Source of the DNA: SAR86 cluster bacterium
GTDB lineage: Bacteria > Pseudomonadota > Gammaproteobacteria > Magnimaribacterales > TMED112
Assembly (NCBI GenBank): GCA_003331605.1
Contig: QOPD01000004.1
Coordinates: forward strand, 1,749 to 65,748
DNA length: 64,000 nt
Reading direction: 5' to 3'
A program made the translations under genes and the position numbers. This document shows, piece after piece, positions 20,447 to 30,366 of this stretch; position 1 is the stretch's first letter, and every line of letters begins with the position of its first letter. The notes beneath the pieces were generated by a model that worked only from the letters and a program-made list of their open reading frames with translations, made no database searches and was not told the DNA's origin.

Positions 20447-20477
20447 GCGTAAAGATCTTAAATACTTTTATTTACGC
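20447..20477. promoter_or_regulatory. inverted repeat GCGTAAA-N17-TTTACGC in the scpA / DAHP synthase divergent spacer (candidate operator or RNA hairpin)
   Basis: Perfect 7-bp arms read directly from the sequence (20447-20453 and 20471-20477). It lies in the largest intergenic gap of the window (130 nt). A possible TTGTGT-N17-TAAATA promoter overlaps it. Function unknown. Confidence 0.25.
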
Positions 20478-20532
20478 CAAAAATAAACCAAATGAACAGT
20501 CAGTTGGTGTAAAATTTATATCCTTATTAATT

Positions 20533-21582
20533 ATGTATATAACAGATAACAGCAGAATTCTTTCCAGAGAGGAGCTTTCAACACCTGCGGAGATTACTGA
20601 AGAGATTCCTCTCTCTAAAGATGTTTCAAAGCTTGTATTTGGTGCCAGAAGAAACATTAGCAAAATTCTGCACAACCTTGATGACAGATTAGTTGTAGTA
20701 GTTGGGCCCTGCTCAATACATGATCCAAATTCAGCAATTGAATATGCCAATTTATTAAAGGAATTTTCACCTAATGTTGAAGAAGAAATTCTTATCGTAA
20801 TGCGTGTTTACTTTGAAAAACCAAGAACAACCATCGGCTGGAAAGGTCTGATTAATGACCCAAGACTAGACAACTCTTTTAAAATTAACGATGGCTTGAG
20901 AATAGCTAGAAAACTTCTATTAGATATCTCAGAACTAGGCTTGCCAACAGGATCAGAATTTTTGGATTTAATCTCACCACAATATATATCTGACCTTGTG
21001 AGCTGGGGGGCAATAGGAGCTAGAACCTCAGAAAGCCAAGTTCATAGAGAGCTTACTTCGGGACTATCATGCCCTGTAGGAGTAAAAAACTCTACTTTTG
21101 GTGAATTTAAACCAGCAGTTGATGCGCTAAAATCTGCACAATACCAACACGTGTTCTTGGGCACAACAAAACAAGGCAAGGTAGCTATTTTTAAGACATC
21201 AGGGAATGACGATACACACATTATCTTAAGAGGTGGCAAAACGCCAAATTACGATGCCCAAAATGTCAATCTATGCATCGATGAATTAAAAAAATCAGAT
21301 GTCTGTCCAAATATAATGATTGATTTCAGTCACGGCAATTCGTTGAAAAACCATGAAAATCAGAAAGTAGTCTGCGAGTCTGTTTGCGCACAAATTAGTG
21401 CAGGAAATAAAAATATTATTGGTGCTATGATTGAAAGCCACATTAAAGAAGGCAATCAATCAATATCACAAAATATGGAATACGGTAAAAGCATTACCGA
21501 CGCATGCATAAATTTTGAAGAAACCAAACAACTGCTCCTGCAATTATCTAATGCTGTAAAGAAAAGAAGAAAAGTTGGATAA
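20533..21582 (+). CDS. aroG: 3-deoxy-7-phosphoheptulonate (DAHP) synthase, class I; isozyme specificity not determinable
   Basis: 349 aa. VVVGPCSIHD, KPRTTIGWKGLINDP and IMIDFSHGNS match AroF/G/H-type enzymes. Confidence 0.93.
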   Translation: MYITDNSRILSREELSTPAEITEEIPLSKDVSKLVFGARRNISKILHNLDDRLVVVVGPCSIHDPNSAIEYANLLKEFSPNVEEEILIVMRVYFEKPRTTIGWKGLINDPRLDNSFKINDGLRIARKLLLDISELGLPTGSEFLDLISPQYISDLVSWGAIGARTSESQVHRELTSGLSCPVGVKNSTFGEFKPAVDALKSAQYQHVFLGTTKQGKVAIFKTSGNDDTHIILRGGKTPNYDAQNVNLCIDELKKSDVCPNIMIDFSHGNSLKNHENQKVVCESVCAQISAGNKNIIGAMIESHIKEGNQSISQNMEYGKSITDACINFEETKQLLLQLSNAVKKRRKVG

Positions 21583-22384
21583 GCATCATAAAATTAATAT
21601 TGAATATGCCAAAAAGTTAGGACTTAAATCTGCTTTGATTTATCAATATGTCAAAGATATTAATGCAGATACTAAGCTACAAACAATTATTGAAGAATTT
21701 CCATACTTATCAAGTGAAGATGTTGGTAATTCTATTAAATCTCTAGTGGAGCAAGGGCTTATTGAATTCGATGATGCCAATCAGATAATTACATTATCTA
21801 CAACCATCAAGAAAACAAAAATTAGAACGCCCTTAAACAATAGAAGCAATAAAATTGATAAATTCTGGAGTCCATCTGAAGATGCAATTGAAGTCTTACA
21901 AAGGGCTGGGGTTGATACTGAGTTTATTAATGGCCTGTTGGATGAATTTATAATTTATTGGTCAGAAAAGAGTTCTGCATTGGTTTCATATAACTCTAAA
22001 TTTATAGAATATTGTCGGCTAAAATGGGCCCAGCATACTGCTGAAATAGATACAAAATCTGTCCCACGAATAATAGATAAGAATTGGAGGCCATCTGAAG
22101 ATTGTCTTGATATTATCAAAATGACAGGAATAGATGATAACTTTGTTCTGCTACATTTGCCTGAGTTTATTCTATATTGGAAAGAAGATGGTAGAGCTTT
22201 TGTTTCCTGGGATATTAAATTCCTGGATTTCATAAAAAATAAGTGGAATTATAATGTTGAAGTTACGTCAAAAGAACACACATATAAATTTGATCTATTT
22301 GACCCTTATGCAAAAGATAAAAATAAGTCAAAAAAATTAGCCAAGGGCAACATTAAAGATTTAAGGAAAAAGTATAAGATTTAG
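21575..22384 (+). CDS. DnaT-like ssDNA-binding-domain protein with two tandem repeats
   Basis: 269 aa, TTG start overlapping the DAHP synthase stop by 8 nt. N-terminal HTH-like region, then two ~56-aa repeats: KFWSPSEDAIEVLQRAGVDTEFINGLLDEFIIYWSEKSSALVSYNSKFIEYCRLKW and KNWRPSEDCLDIIKMTGIDDNFVLLHLPEFILYWKEDGRAFVSWDIKFLDFIKNKW. This resembles the DnaT_2-type domain as I remember it. Confidence 0.5.
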   Translation: MDKHHKINIEYAKKLGLKSALIYQYVKDINADTKLQTIIEEFPYLSSEDVGNSIKSLVEQGLIEFDDANQIITLSTTIKKTKIRTPLNNRSNKIDKFWSPSEDAIEVLQRAGVDTEFINGLLDEFIIYWSEKSSALVSYNSKFIEYCRLKWAQHTAEIDTKSVPRIIDKNWRPSEDCLDIIKMTGIDDNFVLLHLPEFILYWKEDGRAFVSWDIKFLDFIKNKWNYNVEVTSKEHTYKFDLFDPYAKDKNKSKKLAKGNIKDLRKKYKI

Positions 22385-22417
22385 CAACTTAAATCTATAT
22401 CTGAAAGTAATAGAAAC

Positions 22418-23416
22418 ATGAATAAAAAAAATATAAGAATGGCCGCATTTATTGTGGCTGGAGTTTTGATCTGGATGTTGTTAGGTCTTTTTGCTCCCAA
22501 AGAAAGAGAATTCGAAAGACCTCCTGTGCAAAAGCTTACAGTGCTTACATCCAACTCTATTGCACAAGATTACAGCTTACCCATAATTTCAAAGAGTGAG
22601 TCTGAAGCCTTCTCCAAGATTGATCTTAAATCTCAGACATCAGAAAAAATTATTAAAGTAAATTTCAAAGATGGCGACTTTGTAAAAAAAGGCGACATTA
22701 TATGTCAGCTTGACTCTGGGCAACGAGAAGCTAACTTTAAACGAAGAGATATTGAATATCAGTCTCAAAAAGAACTTAAGAAAAAGGGGTTGGTTTCCGA
22801 TTCAACGCTTGTAACTTCTGAGACAAACTATGAGACTGCAAGAATTGAATTAGAAAGAACAAGAATTAAAGCACCTTTTGATGGTTTTGTGGAATACCTC
22901 GCAAAAGAAGGTCAACTGCTACAAAATGGTCAAAATTGTGGGAGGTTAATTTCATTATCTCCGCTAAAGATTGTTGGCAATATTCCAGAAATGCTGGTTT
23001 CTAAAGTTAAGGTTGGGCAAAAAGTATTGGTTAGATTTCTTTCTGGCGAGGAGTATGAGTCAAATGTAACCTTTGTAAGTAGTGGGGCTGATGCACAAAC
23101 TAAGACCTTTAGAGTTGAAACAGAGTTAGACAATACCTCCTCTACAATTAAAGATGGGTTAACAGGTGAAATAGTGATTTACACCGATCCTGTTAAAGCG
23201 CACTTTATTCCAAGCTCTGCTTTTTTACTGGCTGATAATGGTGATGTTGCTTTGGGATATGTAGTTGAGGGTGTCGTAAAAATAGATGTGGTACAAATCT
23301 TAAGGGATACTAAAGAGGGTGCATGGGTAACAGGATTGCCTGAAACAGCTAGGATTATTGTTTCAGGACAGGGCTTTGTCAAAGAGAACGATGAAGTTAA
23401 CTATATAGATAACTAG
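22418..23416 (+). CDS. RND efflux periplasmic adaptor (membrane fusion protein)
   Basis: 332 aa. N-terminal anchor, lipoyl-like hairpin VNFKDGDFVKKGDIICQLD ... RIKAPFDGFV, and a coiled-coil segment. Directly precedes the RND permease. Confidence 0.85.
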   Translation: MNKKNIRMAAFIVAGVLIWMLLGLFAPKEREFERPPVQKLTVLTSNSIAQDYSLPIISKSESEAFSKIDLKSQTSEKIIKVNFKDGDFVKKGDIICQLDSGQREANFKRRDIEYQSQKELKKKGLVSDSTLVTSETNYETARIELERTRIKAPFDGFVEYLAKEGQLLQNGQNCGRLISLSPLKIVGNIPEMLVSKVKVGQKVLVRFLSGEEYESNVTFVSSGADAQTKTFRVETELDNTSSTIKDGLTGEIVIYTDPVKAHFIPSSAFLLADNGDVALGYVVEGVVKIDVVQILRDTKEGAWVTGLPETARIIVSGQGFVKENDEVNYIDN

Positions 23417-23417
23417 A

Positions 23418-26400
23418 ATGGGAATAGTTTCAACAGCAGTAAATAAATTTAGAACAACTCTTTTAATTATGTTGTTCTGCATCATAGCCGGTGTGCTCGG
23501 CAGAGCTGCTATGCCAATAGCTTCCAATCCAAATATCTCCTTTCCATGGGTCAATGTAAGTGTCTTTCTAGAAGGGGCTTCTCCTGAAGATATGGCACGT
23601 TTAGTTGCTAAACCAATTGAAAATAGAATGCTGAGACTTGAAGGTCAGGAAGAAATATTTTCAGTCAACTCACAAAGCTTCACCTATGTAAGAATTAAGT
23701 ACGATGTCGACTACGACATTGACCAAGCCATTCTAGATGTGGAAAGGGCGGTTTCTGAAATTAGAAACCAATTGCCACCTGAAGCAGAGGACCCAAGAGT
23801 ACAAGAATTTGCAGATAATGATCAGCCAATCTTAGTGTACAGCGTCTATGGTTTTGCTAATTTAAGATCAGGTTTTTTTGTTGCCAAAGAAATCCAAGAA
23901 AGGCTTGAAAAAATTCCAGGCATTCTTGAAATATCTATTGATGGGGTTCCAGAAGAGCTGCTAGAAGTTGAAGTTTCTAAACCAAAACTAGAGACACTTG
24001 GGGTAACTCTAGCTCAGATTGGTAGTGCAGTGAGGTCAAATAATGTTTTGATACCTGCCGGTTTCCAAGATACAGGTTCAGGAAAGTTTGCTGTGGAGAT
24101 TCCAAGTGTTTTTGAATCAAGAGAAGATGTATACAACCTTCCTATAAAATCTTCAGGCTCTAAAGTAGTCACACTTGGTGATGTTGCAGAAATTAAAAGG
24201 ACTTTTAAAGATGCCTCAAGCTTTTCAAGAGTTAATGGTTACGATGCGATAACACTTTCAATAAAAAAAAGAACAGGCTTCAACGAGCTTGATATTGCAA
24301 AACAGGTTGAAAAAGAAATTGAGTTAATAACAGAAGAATATCCAGATAACTTAATGATTACTCCGGGCTTAGACACTACTCAATTTGCTGGAGATATGGT
24401 TGATGAGCTACAAGGCAATATCATCACTGCAGTAGTTTTGGTAATGGTCTTAGTAGTTGCAACTCTTGGGTTAAGAAATGGAATGATTGTAGGAATAGCT
24501 ATCCCCTTTTCATTCCTTGTAACATTTGGAGTGCTCTACTATTTTCTCGGCTATGAATTCAACTTCCTTGTCATGTTCGGCATGCTTTTAGGATTAGGTA
24601 TGCTGATCGATGGCGGCATTGTCATAGTTGAATATGCAGATAAGCTCATCGATGAAGGCCAATCACGTAAAGAAGCTTATCAAAATTCAGCACAAAGGAT
24701 GTTTACTCCAGTAGTAGCATCTGTTCTTACAACTCTTGCTGCATTTACACCTTTGATGGTGTGGCCAGGAATGTCCGGGAAATTTATGCGCTACTTACCA
24801 ATAACAGTTTTTGTGGTTCTGTTAGCTTCCTTAGCCTATGCATTATTGTTTGCTCCAGCGATAGGTTCGCTTTTTGGCAGACAAAAGAAACTGAACGATC
24901 AAAAAAACGATAGCGACGATACATTCATGAAAAGAAACTATCGAAAAGCAATTGGTTTTGCGGTTAAGAATCCTTTAGAAACAATCTTCTACACACTGTT
25001 CATTGTGCTTTTTGTGATACCAGTTGGCATTGTAGGAAATTATGGGAAATCGTTTGTCTATTTTCCAAATATCGACCCATGGATCATAAATGTCAACATT
25101 CAAGCAAGAGGAAATATTTCACCTTACGAAGCCAGAGATATGGCAATTGAGGTTGAAGAAAAACTTATTGGTCTTGAGGGCGTTGACGACCTTCTCCTTA
25201 CAGTAAGAAACTCAGGTTGGGGCGGCGGCGATGGAGTTGCCCGTGGATATATCTTAGTAGAAGATCCAAAAACACTCGATATTACTGGATTTGATGTTCT
25301 TAATAATGCAAGAGCAGCAGTAAAAGATTCTGCAGGTTATAAAGTTAATATCAGAGAAGTGCAAGAGGGACCAGGCCAATGGACAGCCCCGGTTGAGATT
25401 CGTTTGCTGAGTGAAAATCGCGAATTAATCGATCAAAAAACAGCTGAGCTAAGAGCCTATATGGAAAATAATATTGAGGGAATAACTGGTCTCGCTGATA
25501 CCATGCCTAAGTACAAAATTGAATGGAAATTAGATGTAGACAAAGAAAGAGCCTATCAAGCAGGCATTAATCTCTTTGATATTGGTTCTGCTGTACAAAT
25601 GGTTACCAGCGGTATTAAGCTTGGTGAATATCGTCCAGATGATGCAAAAGAAGAAATTGATATAAGGGCTAGATTTCCTGCGGACCAAAGAACTCTTTCG
25701 AGTTTAGATCTAATAACAGTCAATACTAGAAATGGACCAGTCCCAGTTTCAAGCTTCGTTGATGTACAAGCAAGACAAAACGCGGCTTCATTAAATAAAA
25801 TAGATGGGAAGTATTACCATGAGATAAGTGGCATCAACAAACCAGACTACAACCTATACGATGAGATTGAGAAAATAAGAACCTGGATGTCTGAAACGGG
25901 CTTTGAAGATCCAAGAATGGAAATTAGGTTCGGTGGCCTGACTCAAGAAGGAGATGAAGCAAGCAGTTTTCTTGTCCTAGCTTTTATTGGAGCACTGTTC
26001 TTAATGTTTATAATTTTGGTGACTCAATTTAATAGCATTGCACAGCCTTTTATAATTTTAATTTCAGTTTTATTTTCAACTGCTGGAGTGTTTCTAGGTT
26101 TGACCATTGCGCAAGTTGAACCATCAACTGTAATGACTGGAACAGCTGTAGTGGGCTTGGCCGGAATTGTGGTGAATAATAATATTGTCTTAATTGATAC
26201 CTACAATAGGCTGAAGCAGGAAAAACCAAGCTTTAGTGTTCAAGATCTTATCACTGAAACCTGCTTGAGTCGCTTAAGACCAGTCCTTTTAACAACGATT
26301 ACAACTATATTTGGTTTGATTTTCTTAGCTTCAGGCTACAGCGTTGATTTGCTCAACCAAGCAGTCTACGAAGGCACATCTACCGTAAAATGGTATCAAG

Positions 26401-26519
26401 CATTTGGTATAAGTATTTGTTGGGGGTTAGGTTTTAGTACTATCCTAACGCTATTAGTTACTCCGGCATTCCTTACAGTAGTTGAGAATAGCTCCATAAA
26501 GCTATCTAAAGCCCAATAA
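23418..26519 (+). CDS. RND family efflux permease (AcrB/HAE-type)
   Basis: 1033 aa. Two-fold repeated architecture with large periplasmic loops and TM clusters (for example GLGMLIDGGIVIVE, VVGLAGIVVNNNIVLID). No outer-membrane factor gene is adjacent. Confidence 0.93.
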   Translation: MGIVSTAVNKFRTTLLIMLFCIIAGVLGRAAMPIASNPNISFPWVNVSVFLEGASPEDMARLVAKPIENRMLRLEGQEEIFSVNSQSFTYVRIKYDVDYDIDQAILDVERAVSEIRNQLPPEAEDPRVQEFADNDQPILVYSVYGFANLRSGFFVAKEIQERLEKIPGILEISIDGVPEELLEVEVSKPKLETLGVTLAQIGSAVRSNNVLIPAGFQDTGSGKFAVEIPSVFESREDVYNLPIKSSGSKVVTLGDVAEIKRTFKDASSFSRVNGYDAITLSIKKRTGFNELDIAKQVEKEIELITEEYPDNLMITPGLDTTQFAGDMVDELQGNIITAVVLVMVLVVATLGLRNGMIVGIAIPFSFLVTFGVLYYFLGYEFNFLVMFGMLLGLGMLIDGGIVIVEYADKLIDEGQSRKEAYQNSAQRMFTPVVASVLTTLAAFTPLMVWPGMSGKFMRYLPITVFVVLLASLAYALLFAPAIGSLFGRQKKLNDQKNDSDDTFMKRNYRKAIGFAVKNPLETIFYTLFIVLFVIPVGIVGNYGKSFVYFPNIDPWIINVNIQARGNISPYEARDMAIEVEEKLIGLEGVDDLLLTVRNSGWGGGDGVARGYILVEDPKTLDITGFDVLNNARAAVKDSAGYKVNIREVQEGPGQWTAPVEIRLLSENRELIDQKTAELRAYMENNIEGITGLADTMPKYKIEWKLDVDKERAYQAGINLFDIGSAVQMVTSGIKLGEYRPDDAKEEIDIRARFPADQRTLSSLDLITVNTRNGPVPVSSFVDVQARQNAASLNKIDGKYYHEISGINKPDYNLYDEIEKIRTWMSETGFEDPRMEIRFGGLTQEGDEASSFLVLAFIGALFLMFIILVTQFNSIAQPFIILISVLFSTAGVFLGLTIAQVEPSTVMTGTAVVGLAGIVVNNNIVLIDTYNRLKQEKPSFSVQDLITETCLSRLRPVLLTTITTIFGLIFLASGYSVDLLNQAVYEGTSTVKWYQAFGISICWGLGFSTILTLLVTPAFLTVVENSSIKLSKAQ

Positions 26520-26558
26520 GCTGATAGCAATTACATCCATTTAAGTTAGAATTTAACA

Positions 26559-26774
26559 ATGGCTAAATTTGAAGACTCCATCAAAGAATTAGAAGAGATA
26601 GTAAAAGTTCTGGAAGAAGGTGAGCCTAGCCTTGAGGAATCTCTTAAAAAATTCGAAAAAGGAATTTCACTAATCAAGTCTTGCCAAGAGGAGCTTGAGT
26701 CAGCGGAAAACAAAATAAAAATTTTAACAGAAGATGGGACAATCAAACCTTTCAACGAAGACAAGTCTAAATAA
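26559..26774 (+). CDS. xseB: exodeoxyribonuclease VII small subunit
   Basis: 71 aa. [43 protein letters not shown] matches XseB. Canonical xseB-ispA-dxs operon. Confidence 0.9.
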   Translation: MAKFEDSIKELEEIVKVLEEGEPSLEESLKKFEKGISLIKSCQEELESAENKIKILTEDGTIKPFNEDKSK

Positions 26775-27627
26775 AAGCAATTTTGAAAAAGTGCTTATCA
26801 GCAGAGTTGATAGTGTGCTTAATGCCATTAGTGCTGAATCTAGAATTGTAGATGAGCCTTTGAGATATACTTTAAAGACGCGAGGAAAATGCGTTAGGCC
26901 GATACTACTTTATCTAACAGGAGATGCATTGGGACTAAATTACAAACAGCTTGATAATTATGCTGCTGCACTTGAAGTGCTTCACACCTACTCTTTGGTT
27001 CATGATGATCTCCCCTGCATGGATGACGATGACTTAAGGAGAGGGTTGGCTACCCTGCATAAAAAATACAATGACTCCACTGCTGTTTTGATAGGTGATG
27101 CCTTGCAAACACTGTCATATCAACTAATTGCTGAAGATAAATATTTTCGAGATGAAATAAAAATAATGATCATAAGCAAGCTGACAAAAACTACTGGGCA
27201 AGATGGCATGATACGTGGCCAATTCATGGATTTATACTTTGAAAACAATTTGGCTACACAAGAGGAAATAATAGAAATGAATATCTTGAAAACGAGCTTA
27301 TTAATTGAGACTGCTATGGATATACCTTTGATAATTAAAGGATGCTTAAAGCAGGAATGGGCGGATTTGCAAAGGATTATTGGGTTAAGCTTTCAGATTA
27401 TTGATGACATCATTGATTTGACACAACCAACCGAAATTTTGGGGAAGACTGCTAAGAAAGATTTATTAGCGCAAAAGAAAACTTTACCTCTCCTGCTTGG
27501 TATTGATGCTGCAAAAGAAGAACTCAAAAACAATAAAAAGGATGCTTTAGGTATAATTAGCAATTTGAAATTATCGGATCACCCTTTAAAGTTTTACATT
27601 GAGAATTTATTCTCAAGGGTCAAATAA
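26734..27627 (+). CDS. ispA: farnesyl diphosphate synthase
   Basis: 297 aa. First Asp-rich motif [17 protein letters not shown], second FQIIDDIID. The track start overlaps xseB by 41 nt. An in-frame GTG at 26791 is an alternative start. Confidence 0.9.
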   Translation: MGQSNLSTKTSLNKSNFEKVLISRVDSVLNAISAESRIVDEPLRYTLKTRGKCVRPILLYLTGDALGLNYKQLDNYAAALEVLHTYSLVHDDLPCMDDDDLRRGLATLHKKYNDSTAVLIGDALQTLSYQLIAEDKYFRDEIKIMIISKLTKTTGQDGMIRGQFMDLYFENNLATQEEIIEMNILKTSLLIETAMDIPLIIKGCLKQEWADLQRIIGLSFQIIDDIIDLTQPTEILGKTAKKDLLAQKKTLPLLLGIDAAKEELKNNKKDALGIISNLKLSDHPLKFYIENLFSRVK

Positions 27628-29489
27628 TGAAAAAATTCGATAGTTTTCCAGCCAATTTACCAATATCAAAACTATTGCTTGATAATCATTTGCCTGTTGA
27701 TACACAGAATTTAGAAGTAGGTCAACTGCAAGAACTTGCTGATGAAGTTCGTGAGTTTTTACTATATTCTGTAGCTAATTCAGGAGGGCATTTTGGTGCT
27801 GGTCTTGGTGCAATCGAACTTACCATTGCATTACATTATGTTTTGAACATGCCTGATGAAAAAATTATTTGGGATACAGGGCATCAGGCTTACCCGCATA
27901 AAATTCTCACAGGCAGAAAACTACAAATGAATAAGATTAGGCAACTCAATGGGCTTGCCGCTTTCCCTGCAATCACTGAGTCACCATACGATGCAATGAG
28001 TGTTGGTCACTCAAGCACCTCAATTAGTGCTGCTCTTGGTATGAATGAAGGCAACAAAACCCTGCAAAGAGATCTAAAAAATTTTGCTGTAATTGGTGAT
28101 GGTGCTATGACTGCAGGCATTGCTTTTGAAGCAATGATGCATGCTGGACACTTAGGTAACGACCTAAATATAATTTTAAATGACAACGACATGTCAATAT
28201 CAAAAAATGTCGGAGGTCTTTCTAACTATCTAGCCAATGTCTGGGCATCGAAAACATATAAAAAGTTAAAGTCAAGTGGAAAGCAAGTATTGGATCAGCT
28301 TCCATATGCTTTGCACCTTTCAAGAAATGTTAAGCAAACATTAAAACACGCTATGATGCCAGGAACTTTATTTGAAGATATCGGGTTGAATTACATTGGC
28401 CCCATAGATGGACACGATATTCCGTTATTAGTTAAAACACTTAAGCGTATGTTGGAGAAACAGGAGCCATATTTGCTGCATGTCATTACCAAAAAGGGTG
28501 CAGGTTTTGAGCCAGCTGAAGAAGAAAGAATTAAATATCATGCTATATCTAAAATAGAGCCCACACCCAAACCAAGTTCACCAAAATTTCAAGATATATT
28601 CAGCGATTGGCTTTGCCATCAAGCAGCCAAAGATAAAAAATTAATTGGCATTACACCAGCTATGAAAGAAGGATCAGGTATGGTTGAGTTTGAAAAAAAA
28701 TTTCCTGATCGATTCTACGATGTTGCCATTGCAGAACAACATTCTGTTACTTTTGGAGCTGGGTTGACACTATCGGGCATGAAACCAGTTGTGGCAATTT
28801 ATTCAAGCTTCCTGCAGAGAGCATATGATCAACTAATTCACGATGTTTGTCTTGAAAATCTAGATGTAACTTTTGCTTTGGATAGAGCAGGAATTGTTGG
28901 AGAGGATGGACCTACCCATTCAGGTAACTTTGATCTTGCATTCATGAGATGCATACCAAACCTAATGATCTTATCTCCGTCCGATGAGAACGAACTTTGG
29001 TTGGCTTTAAATTCAGCTTATCAACATAAAGGTCCAGCTGCTGTTAGGTATCCTAGAGGGTCTGGTGTTGGTCAGCTAATTACTGCCTCTGATGAATTAA
29101 TTGAAATTGGAAAATCCAGAAAAATATACGATGGCAATAAATGCTGTATTTTAAACTTTGGGGTGCTTTTAAACCGCGTTGCAAAATTAGCACAGTCTAA
29201 TGGGTTTGGATTGTACGATATGAGATTTGTTAAACCAATTGATGAAGATGCTTTAAAAGAAATCTCGCGAAATTATGAATACATTGTCACCATTGAAGAC
29301 CACACCACTGTTGGTGGTGCTGGTAGTGCTGTTGGTGAATTCCTTTATTCAATTAAATCAGAAGCAAATTTGTTGTCATTAGGGCTACAGGATGAATTTC
29401 CTGTTCACGGTTCAAGAAATGAAATCTTAGCAATTAATGGTTTGGATGAAATAGGTATAGAAAAATCTATTAAGAATTTTTTAAACTAA
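27627..29489 (+). CDS. dxs: 1-deoxy-D-xylulose-5-phosphate synthase
   Basis: 620 aa. GHQAYPHKILTGR and the TPP motif GDGAMTAGIAFEAM...NDN. Confidence 0.96.
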   Translation: MKKFDSFPANLPISKLLLDNHLPVDTQNLEVGQLQELADEVREFLLYSVANSGGHFGAGLGAIELTIALHYVLNMPDEKIIWDTGHQAYPHKILTGRKLQMNKIRQLNGLAAFPAITESPYDAMSVGHSSTSISAALGMNEGNKTLQRDLKNFAVIGDGAMTAGIAFEAMMHAGHLGNDLNIILNDNDMSISKNVGGLSNYLANVWASKTYKKLKSSGKQVLDQLPYALHLSRNVKQTLKHAMMPGTLFEDIGLNYIGPIDGHDIPLLVKTLKRMLEKQEPYLLHVITKKGAGFEPAEEERIKYHAISKIEPTPKPSSPKFQDIFSDWLCHQAAKDKKLIGITPAMKEGSGMVEFEKKFPDRFYDVAIAEQHSVTFGAGLTLSGMKPVVAIYSSFLQRAYDQLIHDVCLENLDVTFALDRAGIVGEDGPTHSGNFDLAFMRCIPNLMILSPSDENELWLALNSAYQHKGPAAVRYPRGSGVGQLITASDELIEIGKSRKIYDGNKCCILNFGVLLNRVAKLAQSNGFGLYDMRFVKPIDEDALKEISRNYEYIVTIEDHTTVGGAGSAVGEFLYSIKSEANLLSLGLQDEFPVHGSRNEILAINGLDEIGIEKSIKNFLN

Positions 29490-30366
29490 AAGAATCCCAA
29501 CCCTTGGTTTTAAAATTAACCTCTTGATCTCCATCAAAAACACTCACCTTATTGGTATTGTTTATTTTCCCAATGCAATAGATATCTTGAGATATTTTTT
29601 TTATCTCTTCGTGGTGTTTGCTGTTGGCTGTAAAACACAGCTGATAGTCATCACCTCTAATCAAATCTTCTATACCTTCAGTAATGAAAGCTTTATCGTA
29701 TTGAATCTGTGCGCCCACTTCAGAAGCATTGCATATCCTTTCAAGATCAATAACTAGCCCATCGGAAATATCAATGCATGCATTAATGTAAGGGTTCAAA
29801 GGCTTAACTAAATCTTTAGGTACATCTGGTCGTAAAAATTGGTTATCAGTTTCGTAATCCCTATATTTTATTAGCCCTTGATATCCTGCTCCGAGCTTGC
29901 CAGTAATATAAATACTCTCGTTGAGTCTAGCAGAGCTTCGTTTTAAAACTCTTGGCAATGGATTGCCAAAAAAAGTTACAGAGATGCTCAAAGGTCCCAG
30001 AGTTAAATCACCACCCGCAATACTCACTTTATAGTCATTAATAAATTCCTGAGTGCCTGAGCTGAATTTTTTAAACCAGTCATCATTAGGATCAGGGTGG
30101 GTAATTGATAATAAGAATGAGTGAGGAATGCCACCCATGGCATATATATCGCTACTGGCAATAATCAAGCTTCGATAGGCTATATAAAATGGATCCAAAT
30201 CCTTTGGGAAATGAGTGCCTGACAGCGATGTATCCACTGAGGTGAGGAAGGTATCTTTGGATTTTATCTCAGCAGAATCATCTCCTATTCCTAATGAAAT
30301 AGCAGATGATTCATTTTTTAGAGAATTAAAGTATTTTTGAATTAGGTGATTTTCTTTTACTGTCAC
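29470..30366 (-). CDS. thiL: thiamine-monophosphate kinase
   Basis: 298 aa. LGIGDDSAEI..., AIR-synthase-like fold and GGDLTLGP. The 3' end overlaps the dxs 3' end by 20 nt (convergent). Confidence 0.85.
   Translation of the reverse strand: MTVKENHLIQKYFNSLKNESSAISLGIGDDSAEIKSKDTFLTSVDTSLSGTHFPKDLDPFYIAYRSLIIASSDIYAMGGIPHSFLLSITHPDPNDDWFKKFSSGTQEFINDYKVSIAGGDLTLGPLSISVTFFGNPLPRVLKRSSARLNESIYITGKLGAGYQGLIKYRDYETDNQFLRPDVPKDLVKPLNPYINACIDISDGLVIDLERICNASEVGAQIQYDKAFITEGIEDLIRGDDYQLCFTANSKHHEEIKKISQDIYCIGKINNTNKVSVFDGDQEVNFKTKGWDSFSLKNS

Noticed and set aside
20447-20477. TyrR box upstream of the DAHP synthase gene.
   Set aside because: The half-sites GTAAA/TTTAC resemble TGTAAA-N6-TTTACA, but the spacer is 17 nt, not 6. 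A second TGTAAA at about 20507 has no partner half-site. I kept it only as an unexplained inverted repeat.
24263-24270. A8 homopolymer tracts inside coding regions (RND permease at 24263-24270, lpxL-family gene at 47021-47028) as possible phase-variation switches.
   Set aside because: Runs of 7-8 A or T are frequent throughout this AT-rich window and encode ordinary Lys/Phe stretches. There is no evidence of length heterogeneity from a single sequence, and the genes are intact.
22418-26519. RND efflux pair as an acquired resistance island.
   Set aside because: It is flanked tightly by core genes (the DnaT-like gene and xseB). It has no regulator, outer-membrane factor, integrase, IS element or repeat boundaries, and its composition looks like the neighbours.
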